Assembly (NCBI GenBank): GCA_963745025.1
Contig: CAVUWD010000010.1
Coordinates: 93,794-157,793 of the forward strand
Source of the DNA: an uncultured delta proteobacterium
GTDB taxonomy: Bacteria; Desulfobacterota; Binatia; JACPRU01
DNA: 64,000 nucleotides
Direction of reading: 5' to 3'
The notes beneath the pieces were generated by a model. The model did not search any database, had not been told where the DNA came from, and worked only from the letters and a program-made list of their open reading frames with translations. The translations under genes were made by a program, and so were the position numbers. Numbering within the stretch: position 1 is the first letter of the stretch; each line of letters starts with the position of its first letter. Shown in pieces: positions 18,222 through 28,288 of the stretch.

Positions 18222-19117
18222 GGCGCACCTCCCGGTCGATCCGTCGAAGAACGGACTGTCGGAACGCGCGAGTCATTCCAGGTTTTCACGGCGGTGGCAA
18301 CGAGAATCGCGGCTCCGCCGACGAGCGACCACGGCCCGGGCCGCTCGCCGTGCACGAGCCAGGCCCAGAGGGGATTCAGTACCGGCTCGAGGAGCAGCAG
18401 CAACGAGGCCTCGAGCGCAGGCACCGCGCGCAGCCCGCGCGTCAGGAAATAGTACGCGCCGGCGATCTGGAAGACGCCCAGGTAGAGAATGATCGCCAGG
18501 TCGAGTCGCGACACATCGACGAGGGGGAGCGCCGCCGGCAGGCAGGCGAGAAACGCGATCAGGTTGCCGCAGGCGACGGCGGTCGCCACCGGCGCGCCGC
18601 CGCTTCCCGGGCGCGCCATCCAGCGGAGCCCGAGCGCGGTCGATGCCCAGAAGAGTCCGGAAAGGAGCGCGAGCGCGTTGCCGAGCGTCGGGCGCGGTGC
18701 GCTCGGCGACTGCGCCGGCGCGTCGACGAAGAAGAGCGCGAGGCTCGCGCCCACCACGGCAAGGAACACGACGTCGCGTGGCCGCACGGGCTCGTCGAGC
18801 AGCAGGGGCCCGGCGAGAACGAGGTAGAGGGGCGCGGTGTACTGAAGGAAGATCGTGTTCGCTGCGGTGGTGAGCTTGTTGGCGATGACGAAGAGAACCA
18901 TCGTCGCGGCGTAGGCGAAGCCGACGGCGAGCGTGCGAGCGCTCCAGCCGCCGCGGCTCGCGGGGAGAATGACGAGTACCACGACGCAGGCGACGGCCGA
19001 GCGAAAGCTCGCCACCTGCCAGCCCGTGAGCGTCGCGGCCTTGATCGCCGCGCCGCCGGTGGAGAAGAGAAACGCCGCCGCCAGCACCTCGAGCCGGGCC
19101 ACGAGCTCATTTGGCAC
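18218..19117 (-). CDS. EamA/DMT-superfamily transporter
   Basis: About 10 predicted TM helices arranged as two EamA-like halves, 299 aa. It overlaps the downstream gene by 4 nt. Confidence 0.8.
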   Translation of the reverse strand: MPNELVARLEVLAAAFLFSTGGAAIKAATLTGWQVASFRSAVACVVVLVILPASRGGWSARTLAVGFAYAATMVLFVIANKLTTAANTIFLQYTAPLYLVLAGPLLLDEPVRPRDVVFLAVVGASLALFFVDAPAQSPSAPRPTLGNALALLSGLFWASTALGLRWMARPGSGGAPVATAVACGNLIAFLACLPAALPLVDVSRLDLAIILYLGVFQIAGAYYFLTRGLRAVPALEASLLLLLEPVLNPLWAWLVHGERPGPWSLVGGAAILVATAVKTWNDSRVPTVRSSTDRPGGAP

Positions 19118-20006
19118 GGAGCGCTTCCATCTCTTCGAGCGTCCGCGGCCAGTCCTCTTTCATGAGTCGGGAGAGCGATCGGTCGGCGAGGAGCTTTCCG
19201 CCGGTCTGGCACCGGGCGCAGTAGTTGGTCTCGTTTTCCGCGTAGGCGATCCGCTGCACCGGGGCGCCGCAGTCGGGGCAGGGCAGGCGGTAGCGGCCGT
19301 GGACCGCCATGCCGTCGCGGAAGGCGGTCACGTTCTCCGGGAAGCGATCGCCCGCCTCGCGGCGAAGCCGCTCCGTCCAGTGGCGGAGTGTTTCCTTCGT
19401 GGCCGCGAAGAGCCGCTCGATCTCTTTCGCATCGAGCTGGCGGGTGAGCTTCACGGGGGAGAGCCGCGCGCGATGCAGGATCTCGTCCGAGTATGCGTTG
19501 CCGATGCCGCTGAAGAGGCGGGGGTCGGTGAGCGCCCGCTTGAGGGTGTGGCTCTCGTGGACGAGCGTCTCGCGAAAGTGGCCGAGGTCGGTCTCGAGCA
19601 CTTCGAGACCGCCGGGGTCGTGGGCGTCCAGAGCCGCCTCGCCGCGGACGAGGTGCAGCGAGGCGCGCTTCTTCGAGCTGGCCTCGGTCGCGAGCAGCGT
19701 CCCGTTCGAAAAATCGAAGGCCGCGAGTCCGAGCTTCCCGGGAGGCTTCGCTCCGCGCGGGCGCCAGCGAAGCCTCCCGGCGATCATCAGGTGAAAGACG
19801 AGAAAGAGCTCGGCCTCGAGCGCGAGGACGATGCGTTTGCCGAGGCGCCGGAGCCCGATCACCCGCTTGCCCTCGGCTTCGCGAATCGGCGGATCGACCG
19901 AGCGCAGGAAGAAGGGGCTCGCGAGCCGGATCCGCTCGAGCCGCTGCTCGACAATCCGCGGCCGCAGCTGCTCGAGGTAGATCGTGATGTCCGGGTACTC
20001 GGGCAA
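19107..20006 (-). CDS. Fpg/Nei-family DNA glycosylase (formamidopyrimidine/endonuclease VIII type)
   Basis: H2TH region LTDPRLFSGIGNAYSDEILHRARLSP. Zinc finger CPDCGAPVQRIAYAENETNYCARC. I chose the TTG start at 20004-20006 so that the catalytic N-terminal Pro follows Met (M-PEYPDITIY); the track start at 20183 adds 59 Arg/Ser-rich residues. Confidence 0.85.
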   Translation of the reverse strand: MPEYPDITIYLEQLRPRIVEQRLERIRLASPFFLRSVDPPIREAEGKRVIGLRRLGKRIVLALEAELFLVFHLMIAGRLRWRPRGAKPPGKLGLAAFDFSNGTLLATEASSKKRASLHLVRGEAALDAHDPGGLEVLETDLGHFRETLVHESHTLKRALTDPRLFSGIGNAYSDEILHRARLSPVKLTRQLDAKEIERLFAATKETLRHWTERLRREAGDRFPENVTAFRDGMAVHGRYRLPCPDCGAPVQRIAYAENETNYCARCQTGGKLLADRSLSRLMKEDWPRTLEEMEALRAK

Positions 20007-20100
20007 GAAGCCGCGTTCCTTCCGCGCCTGTAGCCTGTTATGTTGCGGAGGCGATGGCGTTCCGCAACCGTTGCCCGGCGATCGAATACAGGAGGTTATC

Positions 20101-20508
20101 GTGAAACCCGAAACCCGGCTTCTCTGGCTTCGCATCGTGATGGTGGCGACGGGTGCCTTCCTCGTGCTTCTGCTTCCCTTCATGTTCGATCTCTGGCCGG
20201 GCGGCTTTCGCTGGGCGCATCCGTCGATGCATCCGGCCTACGAGCGGATGATCATCGCCGTCTATTTTTCGCTCGGGATCTGCTTGTTCGCCGCCGCGCG
20301 CGATCCGGTGAGGCACGCGATCCTGATCGACTTCACGATCCTCTCGAGCCTGCTCCACGGCGCCGTCATGACGTACGACGCGTTCGTGCAGGAGCACGAG
20401 ATGATGCACCTCGTCGGTGACGTGCCGATCCTCTTCGCTCTGGCCGGCGTGCTGATCTGGTTGCATCCGCGGCGGCGGCTGCCCGAGGGCGCGGCGCTCG
20501 CGAGCTGA
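20101..20508 (+). CDS. hypothetical 4-TM membrane protein
   Basis: GTG at 20101 is preceded by CAGGAGG 7 nt upstream. The product has four hydrophobic segments. I do not recognise a family. Confidence 0.55.
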   Translation: MKPETRLLWLRIVMVATGAFLVLLLPFMFDLWPGGFRWAHPSMHPAYERMIIAVYFSLGICLFAAARDPVRHAILIDFTILSSLLHGAVMTYDAFVQEHEMMHLVGDVPILFALAGVLIWLHPRRRLPEGAALAS

Positions 20509-20511
20509 GGG

Positions 20512-21084
20512 CTACTCGCGGCAGAGCACGAACCAGTTGTTCATCGGCTTTCCCTCGCGTGTGGCGCGGCCGATCGACACGTGCGTCGAGACCCCGCGCA
20601 TGAAGTCGCGGGTGCGGTAATAGATGACGCGGCTGAGCCGCGCGGAGTTCGGCAGGATCGGCGGCCACTGCGCGGGCTTTCGCGGCGGGAGCGCGCCGTA
20701 GTCGATGACGACCTCGAGATCGCTCACGGGCCTCGCCACGAAGTAGCCCGGGCCGGTGAAGGCCTTGAAGCGCTGCTCGTTGTACCCCCAGAGCTCGCCG
20801 CTGCCGGCGTCGGGTTTGCAGAAGCGCTTTTCGAAGATCCTGAAGAGGGGGAGGGAGTTCCGCCCGTAGTGAATCACGGGTTGGAGCGCCGGAACGTCCG
20901 GCGGCACGAAGTCGTCGAGCGTGATGCGCCGAAAGCCGGCAGCTCGATCGAAGAGCTGCGCCTGCTCGATCGCGGTGAGGCTACGCGCCTCGGCGATGCG
21001 CTCCGCGCCCTCGAGACCGTCGAGATACGCGGAGAGCCAACCGAGGTCGACGTCGCCACCGCGAAAAAAATCGTGGATCGACAT
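20512..21084 (-). CDS. GXWXG-motif / DUF4334-like protein
   Basis: GELWGY (G-X-W-X-G) is followed by a conserved C-terminal region ...VIYYRTRDFMRGVSTHVSIGRA..; 190 aa. Confidence 0.55.
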   Translation of the reverse strand: MSIHDFFRGGDVDLGWLSAYLDGLEGAERIAEARSLTAIEQAQLFDRAAGFRRITLDDFVPPDVPALQPVIHYGRNSLPLFRIFEKRFCKPDAGSGELWGYNEQRFKAFTGPGYFVARPVSDLEVVIDYGALPPRKPAQWPPILPNSARLSRVIYYRTRDFMRGVSTHVSIGRATREGKPMNNWFVLCRE

Positions 21085-21159
21085 GACGACCCGGATAGAC
21101 CAAAGGCGGCGGCCAGGAAAGAGCGCTTCGGCGTGGTCAGGGCAACAGTCGAGCGTTGT

Positions 21160-22101
21160 TTAGCGCGGCGCTGGCCCGGGCGTCGGCGTTTCACGCGGAT
21201 CGAACAGCATCGCTCCCCATACCCCGTCGGTCTCGTAGGAGAGTGCCAGTTGGCCGACCATGAATCCGAACTTCTTCACGCCGGCGAGCTGCTTGAGGAA
21301 ACGATCCTCGACCGCCATCTGCCCCGGCGGACACATCATCCGCGTCGCCCCGGCCGGCCCGACTGTCGCGTCGCCCGGCATCTCTCCGGGTTTCACCCCG
21401 GCGAAGTAGCGGTTGCAGCCCGCCGTGCCGGCGAACTTGCCGTCCTTGAACTCCATCGTCACCTGCGGCTCGGCAGGGGCTGGTTCGGCCAGGGTCCACG
21501 AGCGCAGCACCCACTCCGTGCCGGCGATCGTCTCGAGCGTCAGTCTCCCGGCCTTGGTCGCGGCGTCCGGCTCTCGCAGTCCCTTCGGCCCCAATCGCCA
21601 GCGGCGTGTGACCAGATCTCCCGGGCAGCAGGCTGCATCTTGCCGCCCGGCTTGTACCAGGTCAGCCACGATCTGCCGCTCGTCGACGCGGACATCGCGG
21701 ATCTGCACCCGGTCGCCCAGCCGCACTGTGGCGATGTTGCGCAGCCGGCCGTCGCGATGCGCGACGACAGCCAGGTAAAGGTATTCGCCGGAACCGCCGC
21801 CGTCCTCCGCGAGCAGAACGATCGCGTCGTCCGACCCGTCGTCATCCAGATCCGCGGCCCGGTAGAAGTCACGCACGAAGGTTATCCTAGGGCGCGACGC
21901 ACCGCCTGCGACGTACGGTTCGCCCTCCCAATGACCGTCCTTCAGGGTGATCGGCGCCTTGATCACATCGAAGCCACTGTAGGTGCAGTTCTTCAGCTCA
22001 CGGAGCGTCGGACCGGGCGGCGCAGCGAGCGCGGTGCGCCAGCCGGCCGCTGCGCCGCCAATGGCGGCCACCACAGCCAGGAGAACGATGCCCCGAGGCA
22101 T
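21160..22101 (-). CDS. secreted protein with C-terminal META (HslJ-like) domain
   Basis: Signal peptide MPRGIVLLAVVAAIGGAAAG. The C-terminal TEWVLRSW...FKDGKFAGTAGCNRYFAGV...MMCP...EDRFLKQLAGV is META-like. The start at 22099-22101 was preferred over 22164. Confidence 0.65.
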   Translation of the reverse strand: MPRGIVLLAVVAAIGGAAAGWRTALAAPPGPTLRELKNCTYSGFDVIKAPITLKDGHWEGEPYVAGGASRPRITFVRDFYRAADLDDDGSDDAIVLLAEDGGGSGEYLYLAVVAHRDGRLRNIATVRLGDRVQIRDVRVDERQIVADLVQAGRQDAACCPGDLVTRRWRLGPKGLREPDAATKAGRLTLETIAGTEWVLRSWTLAEPAPAEPQVTMEFKDGKFAGTAGCNRYFAGVKPGEMPGDATVGPAGATRMMCPPGQMAVEDRFLKQLAGVKKFGFMVGQLALSYETDGVWGAMLFDPRETPTPGPAPR

Positions 22102-22135
22102 GAAGAACGGTGGCCTATGGACGGCCAGACCGGCT

Positions 22136-23680
22136 CTAGACGCCCGTCCCCGTCCGGGTGGCATCGACGAACTGCTCGGTCGAGTCGTCGATGACGCGGC
22201 CGTGGCGGCCGCGAGGCGGCAGGACGTAGAGCAGCTTGGAATTGATCTTCTCTTGCGTGGCCGCGGGCAGCGTCATCTCGTACTTGACGGGCCGCTGGTG
22301 ATCGGCAAGCTGCAGCTTGGGGTCGTACACGCTGTTGAACTTCCAGAGCATCTTCACGAAGTTCGTCTGGCCGCGCAGAAGATGGCCGGCCGCGATCTTG
22401 GCCGTGGACTTGAGCAGGGCCCAACCCAGGTGTTTTTTGTTCAGAACTTGCTGGGTCTTGACCAGCTCCTCGTAAAACTCCGAGAGCGGTAGCCGCGTCG
22501 GCAGCACCGCGTGCTGGATGTCGAAGAGCCGATAGTCCCGCGTCTGGAACTTGCGCGCTTCGGTGCGCCAGCTCTCCGTGCCCGGGTAGGGCGTATTGAC
22601 GCTGATGTTCACGATCTCCGGAACCTCCTGACACCACTCGCGGATGAGCGCAAAACGTGTCCGGTCCCAGTCGGGGTCGGCAATGATGTTGATCGCCACC
22701 TTGATGCCGAGCGAACGGGCGAACTCCAGCGCCTCGAAGTTCTTGCTTAGCGAGATGCGCTTGCGGTGCATTCTAAGGCCTTCTTCGTCGATCGCCTCGA
22801 TGCCCAAGAACATGTATCGGAGCCCCAGCGTCTTCCAGAGCTGGAACACCTCCTTGTTCCGCAGGAGTACGTCCCCGCGCGTTTCCAAGTAGTACTGCTT
22901 TTTGATGCCCTGACGGGCGATCGCCTCGCCGATCTCGAGCCCGTGCTTCGCCTGGATGAAAGCCACGTCGTCCACGAGAAAGATGCCAGGCTCGTTGATC
23001 CGTTTTAGATCCTCGATGGCCCGCTCCGCGCTGACGACTCGGTAACTCCTCCCGTAGAAGGTCCAGGCGCTGCAGAATGAGCAGTCCCAGGGACAGCCAC
23101 GGGCGAATTCGATGGACGCGCAGGGGTCAAGCTCGCCGATGAAATATTTGCGGCGATGGCGCAGCAGATCGCGCGCGGGCCGCAGGTCATCCAGGCTGTC
23201 GACGAACTGAGGCGGCGGTCCTTCACCGGCCAGCGTGACGACGCCCGGCACTTTGGTGATGGCGTTGCGATCGTGATCGACGGCCAGCAAGAGGCTGGTG
23301 ACGGCCGCCTCGCCTTCACCCTTCAGAACGCAGTCGATGGTGCCTGCCGCATGCTCCAGAAATTCCCGCGCTATGAAGGAAGCGCTGTGGCCCCCGACGA
23401 AAAAGAAGCAGCCGGGCAGCTTCTCTTTGGTCAATTTGGCCAGGTCGACGATTTCCGGCACGTTCGCCAGATAGTTGCAGGAGAAGGCGACGACGTCGGG
23501 ACTCCAGTCGTCGAGCAGCCTGACGTAGTCGCGATGCGTCTCCACCTGCAAGTCCAGCAGGCGGACGTCGTGGCCGGCCTGTCTGGCGGCTTGCGCGACC
23601 AACTCCAAACCGAGCGGCTCCAGCCGAAGATAGATCTTGGTGTACATGAGCGGACCCGGATGGACAGCAAGCACTTTCAT
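22136..23680 (-). CDS. cobalamin-binding-domain radical SAM enzyme (class B; resembles hopanoid/lipid C-methylase-type proteins)
   Basis: The N-terminal B12-like domain reads MKVLAVHPGPLMYTKIYLRLEPLGLE...VAFSCNYLANV...FVGGHSAS. The radical SAM cluster is ARGCPWDCSFCS (CxxxCxxC). GGAGGAGG precedes the ATG. Confidence 0.8.
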   Translation of the reverse strand: MKVLAVHPGPLMYTKIYLRLEPLGLELVAQAARQAGHDVRLLDLQVETHRDYVRLLDDWSPDVVAFSCNYLANVPEIVDLAKLTKEKLPGCFFFVGGHSASFIAREFLEHAAGTIDCVLKGEGEAAVTSLLLAVDHDRNAITKVPGVVTLAGEGPPPQFVDSLDDLRPARDLLRHRRKYFIGELDPCASIEFARGCPWDCSFCSAWTFYGRSYRVVSAERAIEDLKRINEPGIFLVDDVAFIQAKHGLEIGEAIARQGIKKQYYLETRGDVLLRNKEVFQLWKTLGLRYMFLGIEAIDEEGLRMHRKRISLSKNFEALEFARSLGIKVAINIIADPDWDRTRFALIREWCQEVPEIVNISVNTPYPGTESWRTEARKFQTRDYRLFDIQHAVLPTRLPLSEFYEELVKTQQVLNKKHLGWALLKSTAKIAAGHLLRGQTNFVKMLWKFNSVYDPKLQLADHQRPVKYEMTLPAATQEKINSKLLYVLPPRGRHGRVIDDSTEQFVDATRTGTGV

Positions 23681-23776
23681 GAGCCGTGACCTCCTCCTGG
23701 AGACCTGACAGTTACCGCAAGAGACGGGGGAACAATTCCCGGGAGAATCCAGTCCCTGCCGTATCGTAGGGGTGAA

Positions 23777-24526
23777 TCATTTCATCGACCAACTGATCGT
23801 TGCAATGGCTCGTCTTCTCCGGTCATCACCGGAATATGGTTGACATTTGGCCCCCCCAATCCCCGCCAACACCTTCTCGAGATGAGGCCGGACATTCTCC
23901 GCCACGATGCGCTGCCCCTCCGCCGTCGGATGCAATCCGTCCGGCTGCGTCAGCTCGGGATGGCCGCCGACGCCCTCCAGAAGAAACGGAACGAGCGCGA
24001 TCTTCATCTCCTTCGCGAGTTTCGCATAAACCGCCGCGAACTTCTCCGTATACTCCGGCCCATAGTTCGTCGGGATCCGCATGCCGAGGAGCAGAACCTT
24101 TGCACCCGCGCCGCGCGCCTTCGTGACGATCGCACTCAGGTTCGTCTCGAGTCCCTCGATCGGCTGGCCGCGCAGCGCATCGTTCGCGCCGAGGCCGACG
24201 ACGAGAACGTCGGGCTTCTGCTTGAGGACCCAGTCGAGCCGCCGAAGTCCCCCGGCGGACGTGTCGCCGCTCACGCCCGCGTTGACGAAGCGGATCGGAT
24301 GCCCCGCCGCGGCGAGCTGCTTGGCGACGATCGCAGGATAGGCCTCGTCCTCCGACAGCCCGTAGCCGGCCGTGAGACTGTCGCCAAGAAATACGACGAG
24401 CGGCGGCGCGGGCGCGGGGACGGACGCGCCCGGAATGCCCGCAGCGGCCGCGCCCGGCGTATCCGAAATGACAGGCGCGCCTGACGCGACCGCAACGACC
24501 GCCCCGACGAGAAGCAGAAGACGCAT
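23777..24526 (-). CDS. SGNH/GDSL hydrolase (TesA-like arylesterase/lysophospholipase)
   Basis: Block I is VFLGDSLTAGYG, block III is GLGANDAL and block V is DGLHP. The signal peptide is MRLLLLVGAVVAVASG. It is divergent from a ybbA/ybbP-like ABC pair, as in E. coli tesA-ybbA-ybbP. Confidence 0.85.
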   Translation of the reverse strand: MRLLLLVGAVVAVASGAPVISDTPGAAAAGIPGASVPAPAPPLVVFLGDSLTAGYGLSEDEAYPAIVAKQLAAAGHPIRFVNAGVSGDTSAGGLRRLDWVLKQKPDVLVVGLGANDALRGQPIEGLETNLSAIVTKARGAGAKVLLLGMRIPTNYGPEYTEKFAAVYAKLAKEMKIALVPFLLEGVGGHPELTQPDGLHPTAEGQRIVAENVRPHLEKVLAGIGGAKCQPYSGDDRRRRAIATISWSMK

Positions 24527-24548
24527 GAAGATGGGATACTCGCCGGCC

Positions 24549-25331
24549 ATGAACGACGCCATCTCTCTCTCCTCGCTCTCCTCGAGCCGAACCTCGACCG
24601 GAACCCCGGCTGCGAATGGAAAACCGGCCGCTACTGGAAGCCCGTCCACCGACGGAAACCCGACGCCCCGCATCGAGCTCCGCAACCTCACTCGCCGCCT
24701 TCCGTCGGGCGGCCGGATGCTCACGATCGTCGACCGGGTCGACCTGCGGATCGCGCCGGGGGAATTTATCGCGATCCTCGGGCCGTCGGGAAGCGGCAAG
24801 TCGACGCTGCTTGCGCTCATGGCCGGGCTCGACCGGCCGACGGAGGGGGAAGCGCTCCTCGACGGCGTGCCGATCCACAACCTCTCGGAAGACGCGCTGG
24901 CGCTCCTGCGGCGGCACAAGATCGGCTTCGTGTTTCAGTCGTTCCAACTTCTTTCCAATCTGACGGCCCGCGAGAATATCATGCTGCCCCTCGAGCTCGC
25001 CGACGGCCACGACTCCGACCCCGAAGCCCGGGCCGACGAGCTTCTCCGCGCGGTCGGACTCGCCGAGCGGGGGCACCACTATCCCGGTCAGCTCTCGGGC
25101 GGCGAGCAGCAGCGTGTCGCGCTCGCGCGCGCGTTCGCGACGCGCCCGCCGATCCTCCTCGCGGACGAACCGACCGGCAACCTCGACTCCGAAACGGGCG
25201 CCGTCATCCTCGACATGCTGAAGCGGCTCCGCTCGGATTCCGGCACGACGCTCGTTCTCGTGACGCACGATCCGGCCGTCGGCGCTCTCGCGGACCGGAT
25301 CGTGCGCCTGAAAGACGGGCGGATCGCGTGA
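24549..25331 (+). CDS. ABC transporter ATP-binding protein (YbbA/LolD-like)
   Basis: Walker A is GPSGSGKST, the signature is LSGGEQQRVALARA and Walker B is ILLADEPTGNLD. The start is uncertain; the nearest in-frame start upstream of the domain is the ATG at 24549. Confidence 0.85.
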   Translation: MNDAISLSSLSSSRTSTGTPAANGKPAATGSPSTDGNPTPRIELRNLTRRLPSGGRMLTIVDRVDLRIAPGEFIAILGPSGSGKSTLLALMAGLDRPTEGEALLDGVPIHNLSEDALALLRRHKIGFVFQSFQLLSNLTARENIMLPLELADGHDSDPEARADELLRAVGLAERGHHYPGQLSGGEQQRVALARAFATRPPILLADEPTGNLDSETGAVILDMLKRLRSDSGTTLVLVTHDPAVGALADRIVRLKDGRIA

Positions 25332-27937
25332 CCTTCCGGCAGACCGTCCGCTTCATCCGGCGCGAGGCGCGCGGAGGACGCGGGCGGATCGCGTTCTTCA
25401 TCGGATGCCTCGCGATCGGAGTCGCCGCGGTGTCCGCAGTCGCGGGGCTCTCGCTTGCACTCGATCGCGGGATCCGCGCCGAAGCCCGCAAGCTCCTCGC
25501 CGCGGACATCGCCGCCTCCGGCCGCCGTCCGCTGACGGCAGAGGTCGACGCCGCGATCGACGGGCTCATCGCGCGCGGCGGCGGGCGCGTGAAGCGGGCG
25601 GACATCAAGGAGCTCGCGACGATCGTCGCCTCGCCCGCGGGCAAGAGCCAGCTCGTGAAGCTGAAGGTCGTCGACGGCGGGTATCCCTTCTATGGAAAAC
25701 TCGGACTTGATCCCGATCGACCGCTTGCCGAGCTGCTCGCCGCGTCGCGTTCGGGCGCGGCCGGCGTCGACGTGGCCGACGGGCCCGGCGGCGTTGTCGT
25801 CGCGCCCGATCTGTTGTCGCATCTCGGTCTCTCGAAGGGCGACACGCTGAAGATCGGCGGCGTCGATTTCCGCATCGCGGGTGTCGTTTCCTCCGAGCCC
25901 GACCGCATCTCGATGTCGTTCACGCTCGGCCCGCGCGTTTTCATCTCCGGCGCGGGACTCGAGCGCGCGCACCTCGAGCGGCTCGGAAGCCACATCGAAT
26001 ACAGAACGCTCGTCGCGGCGGGCGACACGGCGGACGCCGAAGAGATCGACGCGATCAAGAAGCGGATCGAATCCGCGCTCGCGGGAGACACCGCCTACAA
26101 GCTCGAAACCTACGCCGACGCGCAGCCGGAGCTGCGTTCGGGATTGAAGCGGGCAGGGAGGTTTCTCGGTCTCGTCGCCCTTCTGTCCCTTCTCATCGGC
26201 GGCATCGGTGTCGCGCAGACGGTGCGCTCCTGGATCGCGGGGAGGATGGATTCGATCGCGATCCTGAAGTGCCTCGGGATGCGGCCGCGCGAGATCCTGG
26301 CCCTCTACCTCGGACAGACCCTCCTCCTCGGCGCGATCGGCTCGCTCGTCGGATGCGCCCTGGGCGCTCTCGTCGTCCGGCTCGTTCCGCTCTTCATCGG
26401 AAACCTGCTGACGAACGTCGAGATCGACGCGGTCCAACCCGTTGCGATTCTTCGCGGCGTCGTCCTCGGGATCGGAATCGCCGTTCTCTTCAGCATCCCG
26501 CCGCTCACGGTGCTTCGCCGCGTGGCGCCGCTTCGCGTGATGCGCCGGGAAGCGGAGCCGCTTCCGGCAGGGCGGATCGCCTCGGCATTGACGGGGGGCG
26601 TCCTCATCGCCGGGATCTTCGTGACGGCCTGGGTACAGTCGGATTCGGCGGCGCTCGGCGGAGGGTTCACGCTCGGGATCGTCGTCGCCGTCCTCGCCCT
26701 CGCCCTCGCGGCGTTTGCGACCTCGCGCATCGTCGCGTCCGCGCGCCGGCTTCCCGCGCGGTCGACCCGGATCTGGCTGCGGCACGGGCTCACGGCCCTC
26801 GCGCGCCCGGGAGCGGGAACGCTCGGCGCGATCGTGGCGCTCGGACTCGGCGTCCTCGTCGTGGTGGCGATGTTCCTCGTCCACGACCGTCTGATCGAGG
26901 AGTTCCGCGCCGATCTTCCCGAGAGCTCGCCGACCGCGTTCGTCGTCGACATCCAGCCCGATCAGTGGGACGGGGTGCGCGCGATCCTCGAAAAGGAGAA
27001 CGCGAGGAACATCGACTCGGTGCCGGTCGTGAACGCGCGGCTTCTATCGATCGACGGGCATCCGGTCGAGGATCTCGCGAAGAGCGTGCCCGACGAAGGT
27101 CGGAAACGTTGGGTCCTGACGCGCGAACAGAACATCACCTATCTGCCGGATCTGCCGAAAGGGAACAAGATCGTCGCGGGGAAGCTGTGGAGCGACCCCG
27201 GGCACGGCGAGATCTCGATCGAGGACGACTTCGCGAAGGACCTTGGCGTCGGGCTCGGGTCGAAGCTCACGTTCAACGTGCAGGGGCTACCGGTCGAGCT
27301 CGTCGTGACCAGCCTTCGAAAGGTCGACTGGAGGACGTTCGGGATCAACTTCTTCCTGATCGTCGAGCCGGGAGTTCTCGAAGGAGCGCCGCAGTCGCGG
27401 GTTGCGGCCGCGCGCCTCGTCGAGAACAACGATCCGAAGGCGTCCGAGAAGGAGCAGAGGATCCAGGACGAGCTCGCGGCCTCCTTCCCGAACGTCACGG
27501 TCCTGAAAATCCGCGAGATCATCGACAAGATCGTCACGATCCTCGACCGGCTCGGTCTCGGCATTCGTGTGCTCGGTAGCTTCACCGTGTTCGCGGGCAT
27601 CGCGATCCTCGCCGGTGCGATCAGCGCGGGATCGATCCGCCGCGGCCGCGAGGTGGCGCTCCTCAAGACGCTCGGCATGACGCGCCGCGGCGTCGTCCTC
27701 GTGTTCTCGGTCGAATACGCGCTCATCGGCGCCGTCGCCGCCGGAATCGGCGTCGTCGGAGGCGGCGTCCTCGCCTGGGTCGTCCTCACGCGGGGAATGG
27801 AGATCGAGTGGCAGTTCCGGCCTGCGCCATTCGCGGTCGCGTTCGCCGGGACGATCGCGCTATCGGTCGTCGCGGGGCTCGCGGCGAGCGTTCGCGCTCT
27901 TTCGCGGAGCCCGATCGAAGTGCTGAGGGGGGAGTGA
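25328..27937 (+). CDS. FtsX-like ABC transporter permease, duplicated (YbbP-like, about 10 TM)
   Basis: The 869-aa product has two FtsX-type 4-TM bundles, each preceded by a large periplasmic domain. The GTG start overlaps the ATPase stop. Confidence 0.85.
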   Translation: MTFRQTVRFIRREARGGRGRIAFFIGCLAIGVAAVSAVAGLSLALDRGIRAEARKLLAADIAASGRRPLTAEVDAAIDGLIARGGGRVKRADIKELATIVASPAGKSQLVKLKVVDGGYPFYGKLGLDPDRPLAELLAASRSGAAGVDVADGPGGVVVAPDLLSHLGLSKGDTLKIGGVDFRIAGVVSSEPDRISMSFTLGPRVFISGAGLERAHLERLGSHIEYRTLVAAGDTADAEEIDAIKKRIESALAGDTAYKLETYADAQPELRSGLKRAGRFLGLVALLSLLIGGIGVAQTVRSWIAGRMDSIAILKCLGMRPREILALYLGQTLLLGAIGSLVGCALGALVVRLVPLFIGNLLTNVEIDAVQPVAILRGVVLGIGIAVLFSIPPLTVLRRVAPLRVMRREAEPLPAGRIASALTGGVLIAGIFVTAWVQSDSAALGGGFTLGIVVAVLALALAAFATSRIVASARRLPARSTRIWLRHGLTALARPGAGTLGAIVALGLGVLVVVAMFLVHDRLIEEFRADLPESSPTAFVVDIQPDQWDGVRAILEKENARNIDSVPVVNARLLSIDGHPVEDLAKSVPDEGRKRWVLTREQNITYLPDLPKGNKIVAGKLWSDPGHGEISIEDDFAKDLGVGLGSKLTFNVQGLPVELVVTSLRKVDWRTFGINFFLIVEPGVLEGAPQSRVAAARLVENNDPKASEKEQRIQDELAASFPNVTVLKIREIIDKIVTILDRLGLGIRVLGSFTVFAGIAILAGAISAGSIRRGREVALLKTLGMTRRGVVLVFSVEYALIGAVAAGIGVVGGGVLAWVVLTRGMEIEWQFRPAPFAVAFAGTIALSVVAGLAASVRALSRSPIEVLRGE

Positions 27938-28288
27938 GGGAGCGGTGAGCGCTCGCTTTTCGAGTCTCTCGATTATCGAGGAGCCTAGGTCCGGGGAAAC
28001 CCCCCACCGATTATTGATCGTTGCAGAAGTAATGGAAACGCTGGTGTCCTCCGGAATGTAGGTTTGCCAAGGGTTCCAGAGCTTCCACCTTTTCGATTAC
28101 TTATGCAGGGCTCAAATAGACATGGTGGAGAAGCCCCACCGGTTGGGGGAATGCGCGCACACCCAGCCTCGCCTGCGTGAGACGAATCGGCCAACCGACA
28201 AGGCGCAGCCGCCTGGAACACTCCTTGCTCCGCTCTTGGGTGCACGATCTGGCCATGCACTCGACGAGAACAGACAAGGAGCACTGTC

